Shown here: positions 32,721-41,792 of the stretch, piece after piece | Numbering within the stretch: position 1 is the stretch's first letter | Layout: every line of letters begins with the position of its first letter | Assembly: GCA_947482555.1 (NCBI GenBank) | Contig: CANKKB010000001.1 | Coordinates: forward strand, 4,278 to 68,277 | From: Burkholderiaceae bacterium | Lineage (GTDB): Bacteria > Pseudomonadota > Gammaproteobacteria > Burkholderiales > Burkholderiaceae | Reading direction: 5' to 3' | DNA length: 64,000 nucleotides | Translations under genes and position numbers: made by a program | Notes under the pieces: model-generated | Database searches by the model: none | Seen by the model: the letters and a program-made list of their open reading frames with translations, nothing else | Told to the model about the DNA's origin: nothing

Positions 32721-33593
32721 ATGCCAGAAATAGTTTGCCTCGCGGAAACCAAAGACATTCTTGGTGAAGGCCCCATGTGGAATGAAGATGATAAATCTTT
32801 GTACTGGCTAGACAACATCACCCCCTCATTGCATCGTTATACGCCAGCAACCAAACAGATAGATACTTGGCCGATGCCTGAGCAGGTCGGTTCCTTAGTA
32901 TTTCGCAAGAACGGCGGTATCGTGGCTGGCATGAAGTCGGGATTCGCCTATTTCAATCTCGAGAAGTTTACCTTCGACTACATCGTTAATCCTGAGCCGG
33001 ACACTGATAATTGCTTGAATGACGGCAAGCCGGATCGACGCGGACGTTATTGGTGCGGCACCATCAATCGCGACCTAGCTACGCCCAACGGCGGCCTGTA
33101 CCGGCTTGACCCCAATGGAAGTTGTCACAAGATGGAGAGTGGCATCATTGCATCGAACGGGCTTGCATTTAGTCCCGACGACAAGACCATGTACTTCTGT
33201 GACTCGCGGCAGGACACGGTCTGGGCTTATGATCTCAATATCGACGCTGGCACTATCAGCAACCGCCGCGTGTTCATCTCCACGAAGGGGCAGCCTGGTC
33301 GCGTCGATGGCGCAACCGTCGACACTGAGGGCAACTATTGGTGTGCCCTCATTCATGATTGGCACATTGCATGTTTCGACCCCAAAGGGCAATTAGTAAG
33401 ACGCATCAAAATGCCGGTACGCCATCCGACAATGTGCACTTTTGGTGGTGACAATTACGACGTCATGTACGTCACGTCAGGAACCCGCTTCCTTGATCCT
33501 GCCGAAGCGGCAGCACAGCCTCAGGCGGGCGGCCTTTTTGCGATTTATGATCTGGGAGTCAAGGGCTTCGCAGAGCCCCGATTTGCTAATTGA
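32721..33593 (+). CDS. SMP-30/gluconolactonase family protein
   Basis: LGEGP.W, NDGK.D..GRYW.GT, SNGLAFSPD, DGATVD.EG.YW, CTFGG. Confidence 0.93.
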   Translation: MPEIVCLAETKDILGEGPMWNEDDKSLYWLDNITPSLHRYTPATKQIDTWPMPEQVGSLVFRKNGGIVAGMKSGFAYFNLEKFTFDYIVNPEPDTDNCLNDGKPDRRGRYWCGTINRDLATPNGGLYRLDPNGSCHKMESGIIASNGLAFSPDDKTMYFCDSRQDTVWAYDLNIDAGTISNRRVFISTKGQPGRVDGATVDTEGNYWCALIHDWHIACFDPKGQLVRRIKMPVRHPTMCTFGGDNYDVMYVTSGTRFLDPAEAAAQPQAGGLFAIYDLGVKGFAEPRFAN

Positions 33594-35062
33594 CTATGGC
33601 GAACGCTGAATCTGGTGCGCTCGGACAACGATCCGCTGCTGAGCTTTCAGATCTTCTAGTACGGCGTGAGGTTTCAGCTGTAGATCTGGTGGATGATTTT
33701 CTCGAAAGTCACGAGCGTCTCAATCCACAGATAAACGCGATTGTCGCAATCGATCCGCAAGTAGCTTATAGCCAAGCGCGGGATAGTGATTCAAGGACGG
33801 CACGCCGCCAGCGCCTTGGGCCACTCGATGGTATTCCTGTCACAGTAAAGGACAATATATTTGTGGCGGGATTTCGCGCAACGTGGGGGAGCAAAATCTA
33901 TGCAGATTTCAGGCCCTCTAGTGACGATGTCTGCATCGCTCGGCTACGCGCTACTGGAACGAATCTGTTTGCAAAGACCAACACCCCAGAATTTGCGTTG
34001 GCGGCGTACACCGATAATCTACTATTTGGCGCAACTCGAAATCCGTGGAACTTACAACTTACACCCGGCGGCTCAAGCGGGGGAGCAGTATCGGCCTTAG
34101 CGGCGGGCTTAGGACCACTTGCGGTAGGTACAGACGCAGGCGGTTCGATCCGACGTCCATCCTCCTACGCAGGAGTTGTTGGCTTTCGACCCTCCACTGG
34201 AAGAATTCCTAAGGTATTCGGGTTTCCTGCTATTGCGCATGACTTCCAGGTTATTGCACCAGCAGCACGAACGGTGGATGATGCCTATTTACTGTTCCGC
34301 GCAATGACAGGATCAGACCGGCGTGATCAGGCTTCCCTTTGTTTTAGTGATACTCCCTTACCCGAACACTTGCCCAACACAGCACTACCGCCCTCGCGTA
34401 TTCACTGCCTCTTTGGTATCGGCGAGGCACCTGTAGATCGAGATATTCGAGAAAGTGTTCAAGCAGCAGCCCAGATCTTCGCATCGCTGGGGCATTTTGT
34501 CGAAGAAGTCCAAACACCCTATGATCTATCAGAGGTGGAACGCATCTGGTCCACACTAAGCACAGCTGGGCTTGCTCGCATAGTCGCGCCTCACTCCAAT
34601 TGGCGTTCGCTGGTACACCCTGGAACCAAAACGCTTGCTGAGCGGGGTATGACCGTGTCTACTGAAGAGTATATAAATACGCTCGATTCAGTTCAACAAC
34701 TTCGTTCTCGTCTGGCTATGTACTTTGAATCGGCGGACTTTCTGCTGATGCCCACTTCAGCATCGTTGCCATGGGCACTAGGCGAACCGTGCCCAAGCCA
34801 AATCAATGGACGCGAGGCAGGACCTAGAGCGGCTGCGATCTTCGCCACGTTTGTGAATGCTGCAGCACTACCTGCTATCAGCTTACCAGTCGCGCCATCT
34901 TCTTATGGCCTACCCATCGGCATGCAAATCGTTGGTCCATTTGGAGCTGACCTAGCTGTTTTCAGACTTGCTAAACTGTTCGAAGAGTCTTCCCCTTGGA
35001 TCGACCGCTTCCGCGACACTGTGACATCGACTGAAATCACAAACACATCATTAAGGAGATAA
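33590..35062 (+). CDS. amidase (amidase-signature family)
   Basis: GIPVTVKD, KTNTPEF, TPGGSSGG, GTDAGGSIR.P. Confidence 0.95.
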   Translation: MTMANAESGALGQRSAAELSDLLVRREVSAVDLVDDFLESHERLNPQINAIVAIDPQVAYSQARDSDSRTARRQRLGPLDGIPVTVKDNIFVAGFRATWGSKIYADFRPSSDDVCIARLRATGTNLFAKTNTPEFALAAYTDNLLFGATRNPWNLQLTPGGSSGGAVSALAAGLGPLAVGTDAGGSIRRPSSYAGVVGFRPSTGRIPKVFGFPAIAHDFQVIAPAARTVDDAYLLFRAMTGSDRRDQASLCFSDTPLPEHLPNTALPPSRIHCLFGIGEAPVDRDIRESVQAAAQIFASLGHFVEEVQTPYDLSEVERIWSTLSTAGLARIVAPHSNWRSLVHPGTKTLAERGMTVSTEEYINTLDSVQQLRSRLAMYFESADFLLMPTSASLPWALGEPCPSQINGREAGPRAAAIFATFVNAAALPAISLPVAPSSYGLPIGMQIVGPFGADLAVFRLAKLFEESSPWIDRFRDTVTSTEITNTSLRR

Positions 35063-35064
35063 TA

Positions 35065-36036
35065 ATGTTGAAGATAAAAAGACTGATGAGTTGGCTGACT
35101 GCTGCAGCAGCTATTGGGATTGCTGGAGTGACGTTCGCACAGGAATATCCTAACAAGTCAGTGAAGCTAGTTCTTCCTTTTCCGCCTGGCGGCGTCGCTG
35201 ATAACATGGCTCGCATTTACTCCCAGGAACTTTCCAAGGCATGGCAGCAGCCAGTAGTAGTTGAAAACCGCCCCGGTGCTGGAACCACAATCGGTGCTGA
35301 GTTCGTAGCGAAATCACCGGCGGACGGCTATACAATTTATCTCACTAATGTAGGGCACTCAAGCAGTGCCGCTGTTTACCGCAAGCTTCCATATAACGCA
35401 GAAAAAGATTTCTCCCCGGTGAGCCTACTCGCTGATGTTCCAAGTATCCTAGCTGCGACGCCATCACTGCCAGCCAATAATATGAAGGAGTTAATCGCAC
35501 TGGCAAAATTGAAGCCAGGAACTATTAATTACGCTTCGGCAGGAGTCGGTACTGGGTCTCATCTGATGGGTGAATACCTGAAGGTTCTCGCTGGGATCGA
35601 CATTGTTCATGTCCCCTACAAGGGCACAGCGCCAGCATTTGCAGACTTAAATAGCGGACGGGTCGACCTAATCTTCGAACCGATCGGGACAATGCTTCCG
35701 CATATCCGCTCAGGGAAGTTGAAGGCACTCGGTATAACCACGGCCAAGCGCTCTCCAGTTGCACCAGAGATTCCAGCCATCGGGGAGTCGATACGTGGTT
35801 TTGACACCTCTACTTGGTATGGAATCTTAGTACCTGCCGGAACCCCTCCGGACGTAATTAAAAAAATTAATAGTGAACTGGTACGTATCACAAAGATCCC
35901 CGAAATAAAAGAGCGCCTCCTCGCGCAAGGTCTTCAACCAGTGGCCAATACTCCCGAGCAGTTTGCTGCAATCCTAAAGGAAGACTCCCAGCGCTGGACG
36001 AAACTTGTAAAGGATGCCAACATTACCGTTGAGTGA
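35065..36036 (+). CDS. Bug/TctC receptor
   Basis: PFPPGG..D, ENRPGAG, HVPYKG. Confidence 0.93.
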   Translation: MLKIKRLMSWLTAAAAIGIAGVTFAQEYPNKSVKLVLPFPPGGVADNMARIYSQELSKAWQQPVVVENRPGAGTTIGAEFVAKSPADGYTIYLTNVGHSSSAAVYRKLPYNAEKDFSPVSLLADVPSILAATPSLPANNMKELIALAKLKPGTINYASAGVGTGSHLMGEYLKVLAGIDIVHVPYKGTAPAFADLNSGRVDLIFEPIGTMLPHIRSGKLKALGITTAKRSPVAPEIPAIGESIRGFDTSTWYGILVPAGTPPDVIKKINSELVRITKIPEIKERLLAQGLQPVANTPEQFAAILKEDSQRWTKLVKDANITVE

Positions 36037-36172
36037 TTTTCGTTGATGACCGCTAAAATCCATCCTTCGTTTTTTTGATAGTTATCAAATAGAATAGAAT
36101 TTACTTTAGCTCCCCCTTGGGTTCAAATTATGGGGTGCCGCTACTTTTACAATTATTTGAAAGAAAAAGAAA

Positions 36173-36871
36173 ATGGCCCGCACTATTATTGACCTTTCCG
36201 TCAAGATTTATGATGGGATGCCTGCACACAAAAACATGCGCCCTCCTTTTGTCCTGCCGCACGGAACGCACGAAGCGTCAAAAGCACGTAATCTAGGCAC
36301 ACCAGAAGACCCAATGACTTTCGCCAGTTGCTATTTTGCGATGAATGATCACATTGGCACACACGTGGATGCCTTCTTCCACATGCACCCTCAAGGTCTA
36401 CCGATCGACGAAATGGATGTAACAATGTTTATGGGTAAGGCGGTGGTCTTTGACTTGCGCCACATCCCAGACCTTGGTGATATATCTGTTAAAGATATGG
36501 AAGAGGCTGAAAAAAAAGCAGGGGTCAAAGTGGATGGCCATATCGTGCTACTTTGCACTGGCTTACACAAGAAGTACTTCCCGATGCCTGAAATCTCCCA
36601 TCGCAATGCCGGCGTCACAGCAGAAGCTACGCACTGGCTAGCCGATAGAGAATCCAAGCTTCACGGTGTCGAAGGCCCTTCAACCGACCGACCAAATGAC
36701 CCAACCTTTCCCAGTCATCGTACGTGCCGCGACCGGAAGATTACTCACTACGAGTGGCTTTGCAACCTGGAGGAGCTTATCGGCAAGGGTGTCTTTGAGT
36801 TCCAAGGGGTTCCCTTAAATCTCAAGGGTGCCAGCGGATCGCCTGTAAGAGCGCTTGCCTTTCTTTCGTAG
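36173..36871 (+). CDS. cyclase/kynurenine-formamidase-like metal-dependent hydrolase
   Basis: IDLS, HIGTHVDA, E.L.NL, GSPVRALA. Confidence 0.9.
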   Translation: MARTIIDLSVKIYDGMPAHKNMRPPFVLPHGTHEASKARNLGTPEDPMTFASCYFAMNDHIGTHVDAFFHMHPQGLPIDEMDVTMFMGKAVVFDLRHIPDLGDISVKDMEEAEKKAGVKVDGHIVLLCTGLHKKYFPMPEISHRNAGVTAEATHWLADRESKLHGVEGPSTDRPNDPTFPSHRTCRDRKITHYEWLCNLEELIGKGVFEFQGVPLNLKGASGSPVRALAFLS

Positions 36872-37046
36872 GAACGCCCCCCAGCCAATACTTAAAGTTA
36901 CACTGAAAAAATACAAATCTTAGCCTTAATCTAATTCAAGCTTAATTTACGTATTGAAAATCAGGTTAGTTCAGGCTGATACGTATAAATTAACTTAAAA
37001 AATGCCTTTATAGACTTTGTATTAATTTTCCATTCTTTTCATTTAA

Positions 37047-38213
37047 TTGAAAAGTTGTATAACCTTAACTATGGATTCCTTTAAATACCACGTTTCCGAT
37101 AACGAAATCACCGACCTGAACTCACGACTTACACTAACTCGTTGGCCAGATCAGGCACCAGATGCTCCATGGAGCTTTGGTACTGATATTGATTATTTGC
37201 ATAATCTAGTAAGTTATTGGCAAAGTGACTTTGACTGGCGCGCCCAAGAAACTCAGCTTAATACCTTTGCTCAGTACATGGTACCTATCTCTGGAATAAA
37301 TATCCACACGCTTCATGTTCAGGGCAACGGGCCAAATCCCATGCCCCTACTTTTACTTCACGGTTGGCCAGGCTCGGTATTCGAGTTCCTTGATATCATT
37401 CCGCGTTTGACAGACCCAGCTGCTTTTGGCGGTGACCCAGCCGACGCTTTTACGGTAGTAGCACCCTCCTTACCTGGCTTCGGTCTTTCATTCCAGCAGG
37501 GACAAAAACGCTTTGGTGTTAGGCAGATGGCCGATGCCGCTACTGAGTTGATGTCTGCTTTTGGTTACGATCAATTTGGCGTTCAAGGCGGTGATTGGGG
37601 CTCTACGATTTCGACTAGTCTGGGGCTGCATCACGCTGATCGACTTAAAGGTATTCACCTTAACTTTCTAGGCGCGATAAAGCGTGATCCTTCGCTTTAT
37701 CGGGATCAATCACCTGAAGTTCAGAACTTTGTTACCCAACTAAAACACTTCAATGCCGAAGAAACTGGTTACCAGTGGATCCAAGGTTCAAAACCCCAGA
37801 CTCTAGCCTTCGCTCTAACCGATTCCCCAGTCGGACTTGCCGCTTGGATGGTTGAAAAGTTCCGCAGTTGGACAGATTGTGGCGGCAATCCCGATAGCGC
37901 CATCAACCGTGACAAGATACTAGCAAATATCAGTTTTTATTGGTTCACCGGTTGTATTGGCGCTTCGTTTTGGCCCTATTACGATCGGCTACATGGCCCC
38001 TCGATAGTGTCCGAAGGAAAGACTATAGATGTACCGATGGGTTATGCCCAGTTCCCATTTGAAATCCTGCGTCCTCCACGGATAATTGCAGACACAGTCT
38101 TCAGCAATATACGGCGATGGAGTGAGATGCCCAAAGGAGGTCATTTCGCCGCAATGGAACAACCGGCTGCATTGGCATCTGAAGTTCTAGAGTTCTTCAG
38201 AGAGTTACGCTAA
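37047..38213 (+). CDS. epoxide hydrolase (microsomal-type alpha/beta hydrolase)
   Basis: TRWP, FDWR.QE..LN, HGWPGS, QGGDWG, DSPVGLAAW..EKF, GGHFAA.E.P. Confidence 0.93.
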   Translation: MKSCITLTMDSFKYHVSDNEITDLNSRLTLTRWPDQAPDAPWSFGTDIDYLHNLVSYWQSDFDWRAQETQLNTFAQYMVPISGINIHTLHVQGNGPNPMPLLLLHGWPGSVFEFLDIIPRLTDPAAFGGDPADAFTVVAPSLPGFGLSFQQGQKRFGVRQMADAATELMSAFGYDQFGVQGGDWGSTISTSLGLHHADRLKGIHLNFLGAIKRDPSLYRDQSPEVQNFVTQLKHFNAEETGYQWIQGSKPQTLAFALTDSPVGLAAWMVEKFRSWTDCGGNPDSAINRDKILANISFYWFTGCIGASFWPYYDRLHGPSIVSEGKTIDVPMGYAQFPFEILRPPRIIADTVFSNIRRWSEMPKGGHFAAMEQPAALASEVLEFFRELR

Positions 38214-38269
38214 GGATCACTCGCTATATTATTAAATTGCCTATTACAGAAAAATTATTTTTACTTAAA

Positions 38270-38319
38270 AAAATACCAACCCTAAAGTTGGCATCGTGAT
38301 TTTTAGTCGGCCCACCAGG
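38270..38319 (-). pseudogene. tRNA 3'-end scar (same family as 32427 and 63157) with hairpin
   Basis: TAGTCGGCCCACCAGG (38304-38319), preceded by AAAATACCAACCCTAAAGTTGGCAT, nearly identical to the hairpin at 63123-63147. Confidence 0.65.
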
Positions 38320-38548
38320 TTTTAGCTAGCTTGCAATCTATACGGGGGTTGAAGATCAAAAAATTAATTCAGCTATAAGCCTTATATGATATAGGCTGTG
38401 GGCGGAGACGAGAAAAAACGCTGTTTTATAAAGTTTTATTCCGTCGGTCGTAGTTTCACTGCCGCTGGGTAGGACACTAAACAACTGAATTTTTTATGGA
38501 TCCTACTGCGAAGTATTTACCGAATTACGGCGGAGATTGGCTGGGGCT

Positions 38549-39517
38549 TTAGTCTACTTTCGCACCGGACGCCTTCACGACACCCCCCCATTTATCGATC
38601 TCGTTGTGAAAGAACTTCTTCGCTTCGGCGGTGGTCATGGCCACCGGTTCCGCACCCAGTTCGGCCAAGCGCGCGCGCGTCTGCGGATCGGCGAAGATAC
38701 GAGTGACTTCAGCATTGATTTTGTTCGTGATCACGTCCGGCGTCTTCGCAGGCACAAGGATGCCGAACCACGAGCTCAAGTCGTAGCCGCGCACGCCGCC
38801 TTCGCTGATCGTCGGCACATCCGGTAGCGCGCTCGCTCGCTGCGCAGTGGTGACCGCGATGGCCTTGAATGTTCCAGCTTTCACCTGCGGCACGATCGAG
38901 GGCAGATTCGCAAATACGATGTCGATCTGCCCACCCATGAGGTCGGCGAGGCTGGGGCCGGTGCCCTTGTACGGGATGTGCACGATGTCGATGCCGGCCA
39001 TGGTCTTCAACATCTCACCGGACAGATGCAGCACGCTACCGGTGCCCGACGACCCGTAGTTGATCTTGCCTGGTTTGGCACGGGCGAGATCAATCAACTC
39101 CTTGATGTTGTTGGCGGCAAACTTGGGGTTGGCCAAAAGAATGTTGGCTGTTACCGCCACTGGTGTTACGAGCGCAAGGTCGCGCTTTGCATCATAGGGC
39201 ATGCGCGTATACAGACTGGGGTTGACTGCGTTCGATCCCGAGGTGCCGAGCAGCAGAGTGTAGCCGTCAGGTTCAGCCTTGGCAACGATATCCGAGCCGA
39301 TGTTGCCGTTCGCTCCGCCGTGGTTTTCGACGACAACCTGCTGCTTCCAGGCGGCGGAGAGTTTCTGCCCGATGATGCGCGCGAGAATGTCGGTTGTGCC
39401 ACCTGCGGCGTAGGGCACGATCAGCCTGATTGTGCGCTCGGGGTATTCGGCTAGCGCGGGCGTCTGGACGAGTAGGAGAAGCAGGCCAATACAGAGTGTA
39501 CGCATGGTGATGAACAT
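38549..39517 (-). CDS. Bug/TctC receptor (high-GC)
   Basis: VPYAAGGTTD, GANGNIG, HIPYKG, LPDVPT. Confidence 0.93.
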   Translation of the reverse strand: MFITMRTLCIGLLLLLVQTPALAEYPERTIRLIVPYAAGGTTDILARIIGQKLSAAWKQQVVVENHGGANGNIGSDIVAKAEPDGYTLLLGTSGSNAVNPSLYTRMPYDAKRDLALVTPVAVTANILLANPKFAANNIKELIDLARAKPGKINYGSSGTGSVLHLSGEMLKTMAGIDIVHIPYKGTGPSLADLMGGQIDIVFANLPSIVPQVKAGTFKAIAVTTAQRASALPDVPTISEGGVRGYDLSSWFGILVPAKTPDVITNKINAEVTRIFADPQTRARLAELGAEPVAMTTAEAKKFFHNEIDKWGGVVKASGAKVD

Positions 39518-39700
39518 TAAAAAATTCTCCTCGAAGACGGTGCGCGGTCTTGAATTTTCTAGACCCGTTTAACTGCATTGACAGCTTGCACCAGAATAGT
39601 TAAGCTACTCCTAATACTATAATTGTTATAATAATTGAAAACAATGTTTTCAACAAACGCCCCGTTCCAGACGGGGTGCTAAGTTCGTGGAGGCGTAAGC

Positions 39701-40564
39701 ATGCAGATTCGGCCAATATCCCCGCTATTTGGGGCCGAGATAGTTGAGGTGGACTTGTCCGGCAAGCTCGACGACGCAACTTTTACTGCCATCGAAGCGG
39801 CCTACAGCAAGTATTCCGTGCTGCTGTTCCGTGACCAGAAGATGACGGACGAGCAGCACGTCGATTTCAGCCGCCGCCTTGGAGAGCTCGAGGTGCACGT
39901 ACTCAGGGAATTCTCCAAGCCGCAGCACCCAGAGGTATATGTGCTCTCCAACATTGTTGAAAACGGCAAGCCCATCGGTATTAAGGACGCCGGCAGTTAC
40001 TGGCACACCGACTTGTCCTATACCAAGTCGCCAAGCCGCGGTTCTATCCTTTATGCGATCGAAGTACCGCACGCCGCGGACGGCACGCCGCTTGGCGACA
40101 CCGAGTTCGCCAGTACTGCCGCCGCCTATGACAGCTTGTCGGAGGAAATGAAGACAAAGCTTCAGAGCCTCAAAGCAGTGCACCGTTTCTGGGATCGTTA
40201 TATCAACTCGCGCAAGGCAGCGGGCAGCGAAGTAGTGATCAGCGACGAGCGCAGGGCCGGACTTCCCGACGTAATCCAGCCGGTGATTCGCACCCATTCG
40301 GTGACCGGGCGCAAAAGCATCTACGTTAACGAAGGTTTCACCGTCAGCATCGTCGGTATGTCAGACAGCGAGTCGCGTGCGCTACTGGAAGAGCTGTATG
40401 CGCATTGCACGCAAGCCAAATTTCGCTACCGCCACAAATGGCGAGTCGGCGATGTCGTGATGTGGGACAACTGTACAACCGTTCACCGGCTAAACGTCGA
40501 CTTCGCGCTGCCGCAACGCCGACTGATGCAGCGGACCACGCTAGTGGGGAGCGAAGTCCAGTAG
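39701..40564 (+). CDS. TauD/TfdA dioxygenase (high-GC)
   Basis: FGAEI, WHTDLSY, TGRKSIY, WDNC.T.H, RRLMQRTT; GGAGG RBS upstream. Confidence 0.93.
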   Translation: MQIRPISPLFGAEIVEVDLSGKLDDATFTAIEAAYSKYSVLLFRDQKMTDEQHVDFSRRLGELEVHVLREFSKPQHPEVYVLSNIVENGKPIGIKDAGSYWHTDLSYTKSPSRGSILYAIEVPHAADGTPLGDTEFASTAAAYDSLSEEMKTKLQSLKAVHRFWDRYINSRKAAGSEVVISDERRAGLPDVIQPVIRTHSVTGRKSIYVNEGFTVSIVGMSDSESRALLEELYAHCTQAKFRYRHKWRVGDVVMWDNCTTVHRLNVDFALPQRRLMQRTTLVGSEVQ

Positions 40565-40660
40565 CCAGCAGCGCTCCTCTGGGCGATAGCCCCACTCGAA
40601 ATCCAATAGTAATACTTAAAAATGATGCTTTTTCAGTCTCAGAATAGCCGCAGGGCCTCT

Positions 40661-41383
40661 TTAAAATTGTTGCTGAGAAATGCTGGCGCCACCACAAACA
40701 AATATCGTTTGGCCAGTTGTATATGAAGCGCTCTTTGATAAAAAGTAAATCACTGCAGAAGCTATCTCGCGCGGATCTCCAAGTCGATTCATAGGAATGG
40801 AATCCATTATTGAGTTTCTTCCAGGAGATCCTATTGGATTATTTCGATTAAACATCTCTGTTTCAGTCGACCCTGGAGCAACACAATTTACTGTGATGGA
40901 TGAGGGGGCAAGTTCAATAGCCCAAGATTTCGTGAAACCCACTAGGCCTGCTTTAGCTGCAGCATAAACACTGCTATTTTTTTTACCAAGCATTGATCTA
41001 CTGGCAATATTGACTATTCTGCCCTGACCTAGGGCTAGCATCGAGGGCAATACTGCCTGAGTTAATTCCAAAGCTACGGTTAAATTAAGATCAATTATCT
41101 TTTGATAATTTTGCGCAGTAACTTCGAGCAATCCCTGTAACTGATTGAACCCAATGTTATTCACTAAACGGTCAATCGGAAAAGAGGTGGTAATTTCTTT
41201 GAATATTTGGTTTCTAGATGAAATATCAGAAAGATCAGCTAAAAATAATTGCCCTTTAAAGGTTGGGTCTGGATTTCGAGCAATCCCTATGACTGATTGG
41301 CCTTGCTCAATCAGTAAATCAGAAATTGCCCTACCGATTCCATTGGTTGCCCCCGTAATCAAGGCGTATGACTTATATTCCAT
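40661..41383 (-). CDS. short-chain dehydrogenase/reductase
   Basis: TGATNGIG, YAAAK, VNCVAPG. Confidence 0.93.
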   Translation of the reverse strand: MEYKSYALITGATNGIGRAISDLLIEQGQSVIGIARNPDPTFKGQLFLADLSDISSRNQIFKEITTSFPIDRLVNNIGFNQLQGLLEVTAQNYQKIIDLNLTVALELTQAVLPSMLALGQGRIVNIASRSMLGKKNSSVYAAAKAGLVGFTKSWAIELAPSSITVNCVAPGSTETEMFNRNNPIGSPGRNSIMDSIPMNRLGDPREIASAVIYFLSKSASYTTGQTIFVCGGASISQQQF

Positions 41384-41385
41384 TA

Positions 41386-41513
41386 TTAAGGTTTTGGATC
41401 CGCAATAGTGATTCGATTCATGACACGTCGATGACCTTGATTATCATTACTCGCACAATTTTGGAGAAAGCTTTATAGATATCCCAAGGCCAAAAATTTC
41501 TGTGCCAAGCGAC
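41386..41513 (-). pseudogene. C-terminal remnant of a TauD-family gene
   Basis: Two frames give VAWHRNFWPWD and SFLQNCASNDNQGHRRVMNRITIADPKP*, resembling the TauD C-terminus (W..N....WDN...H.A.NDY.G.RR.M.R.TI). Frameshift and in-frame stop; the stop lies 2 nt before the SDR ATG. Confidence 0.55.
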
Positions 41514-41792
41514 ACTCTTAATGGCCTCGCTTCTAAAGCTGAAGAAATTAAATCTAACTCCAAAACTTGTTTAGTTATCTTTTTAATTAATATTTTCTCT
41601 ATCAACATTTATTAAATACTATCTATAGTTCTTGTTATTAAATACTTATGGTTTACCCGTAGCCCAAACTATTGTCAGTTTAGGCCCAAAACTAAAAAGA
41701 GTTTATCTACAGTAAACCATTGCAGCAGTTCAAAAAGCAAGCCTCAAATTTTACTAAACATAGATAACTAGCCAATAGAATAGAGATTCGCG

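Noticed and set aside
39658-39678. GC-rich hairpin upstream of the high-GC tauD as a terminator or riboswitch
   Set aside because: No U-tract on the coding strand and no recognisable aptamer; function cannot be supported.
40582-40600. Possible scar closing the high-GC islet (GGCGATAGCCCCACTCGAA, like GGCGCTAGGTCCCACTCGGA at 62011)
   Set aside because: The position is suggestive, but the match is too short and lacks the T-loop, so it is not listed as a feature.
38537-40697. Many overlapping alternative-frame ORFs, including the 190-aa 39725-40297 (-)
   Set aside because: Expected shadow ORFs in GC-rich DNA overlapping clear Bug and TauD genes.
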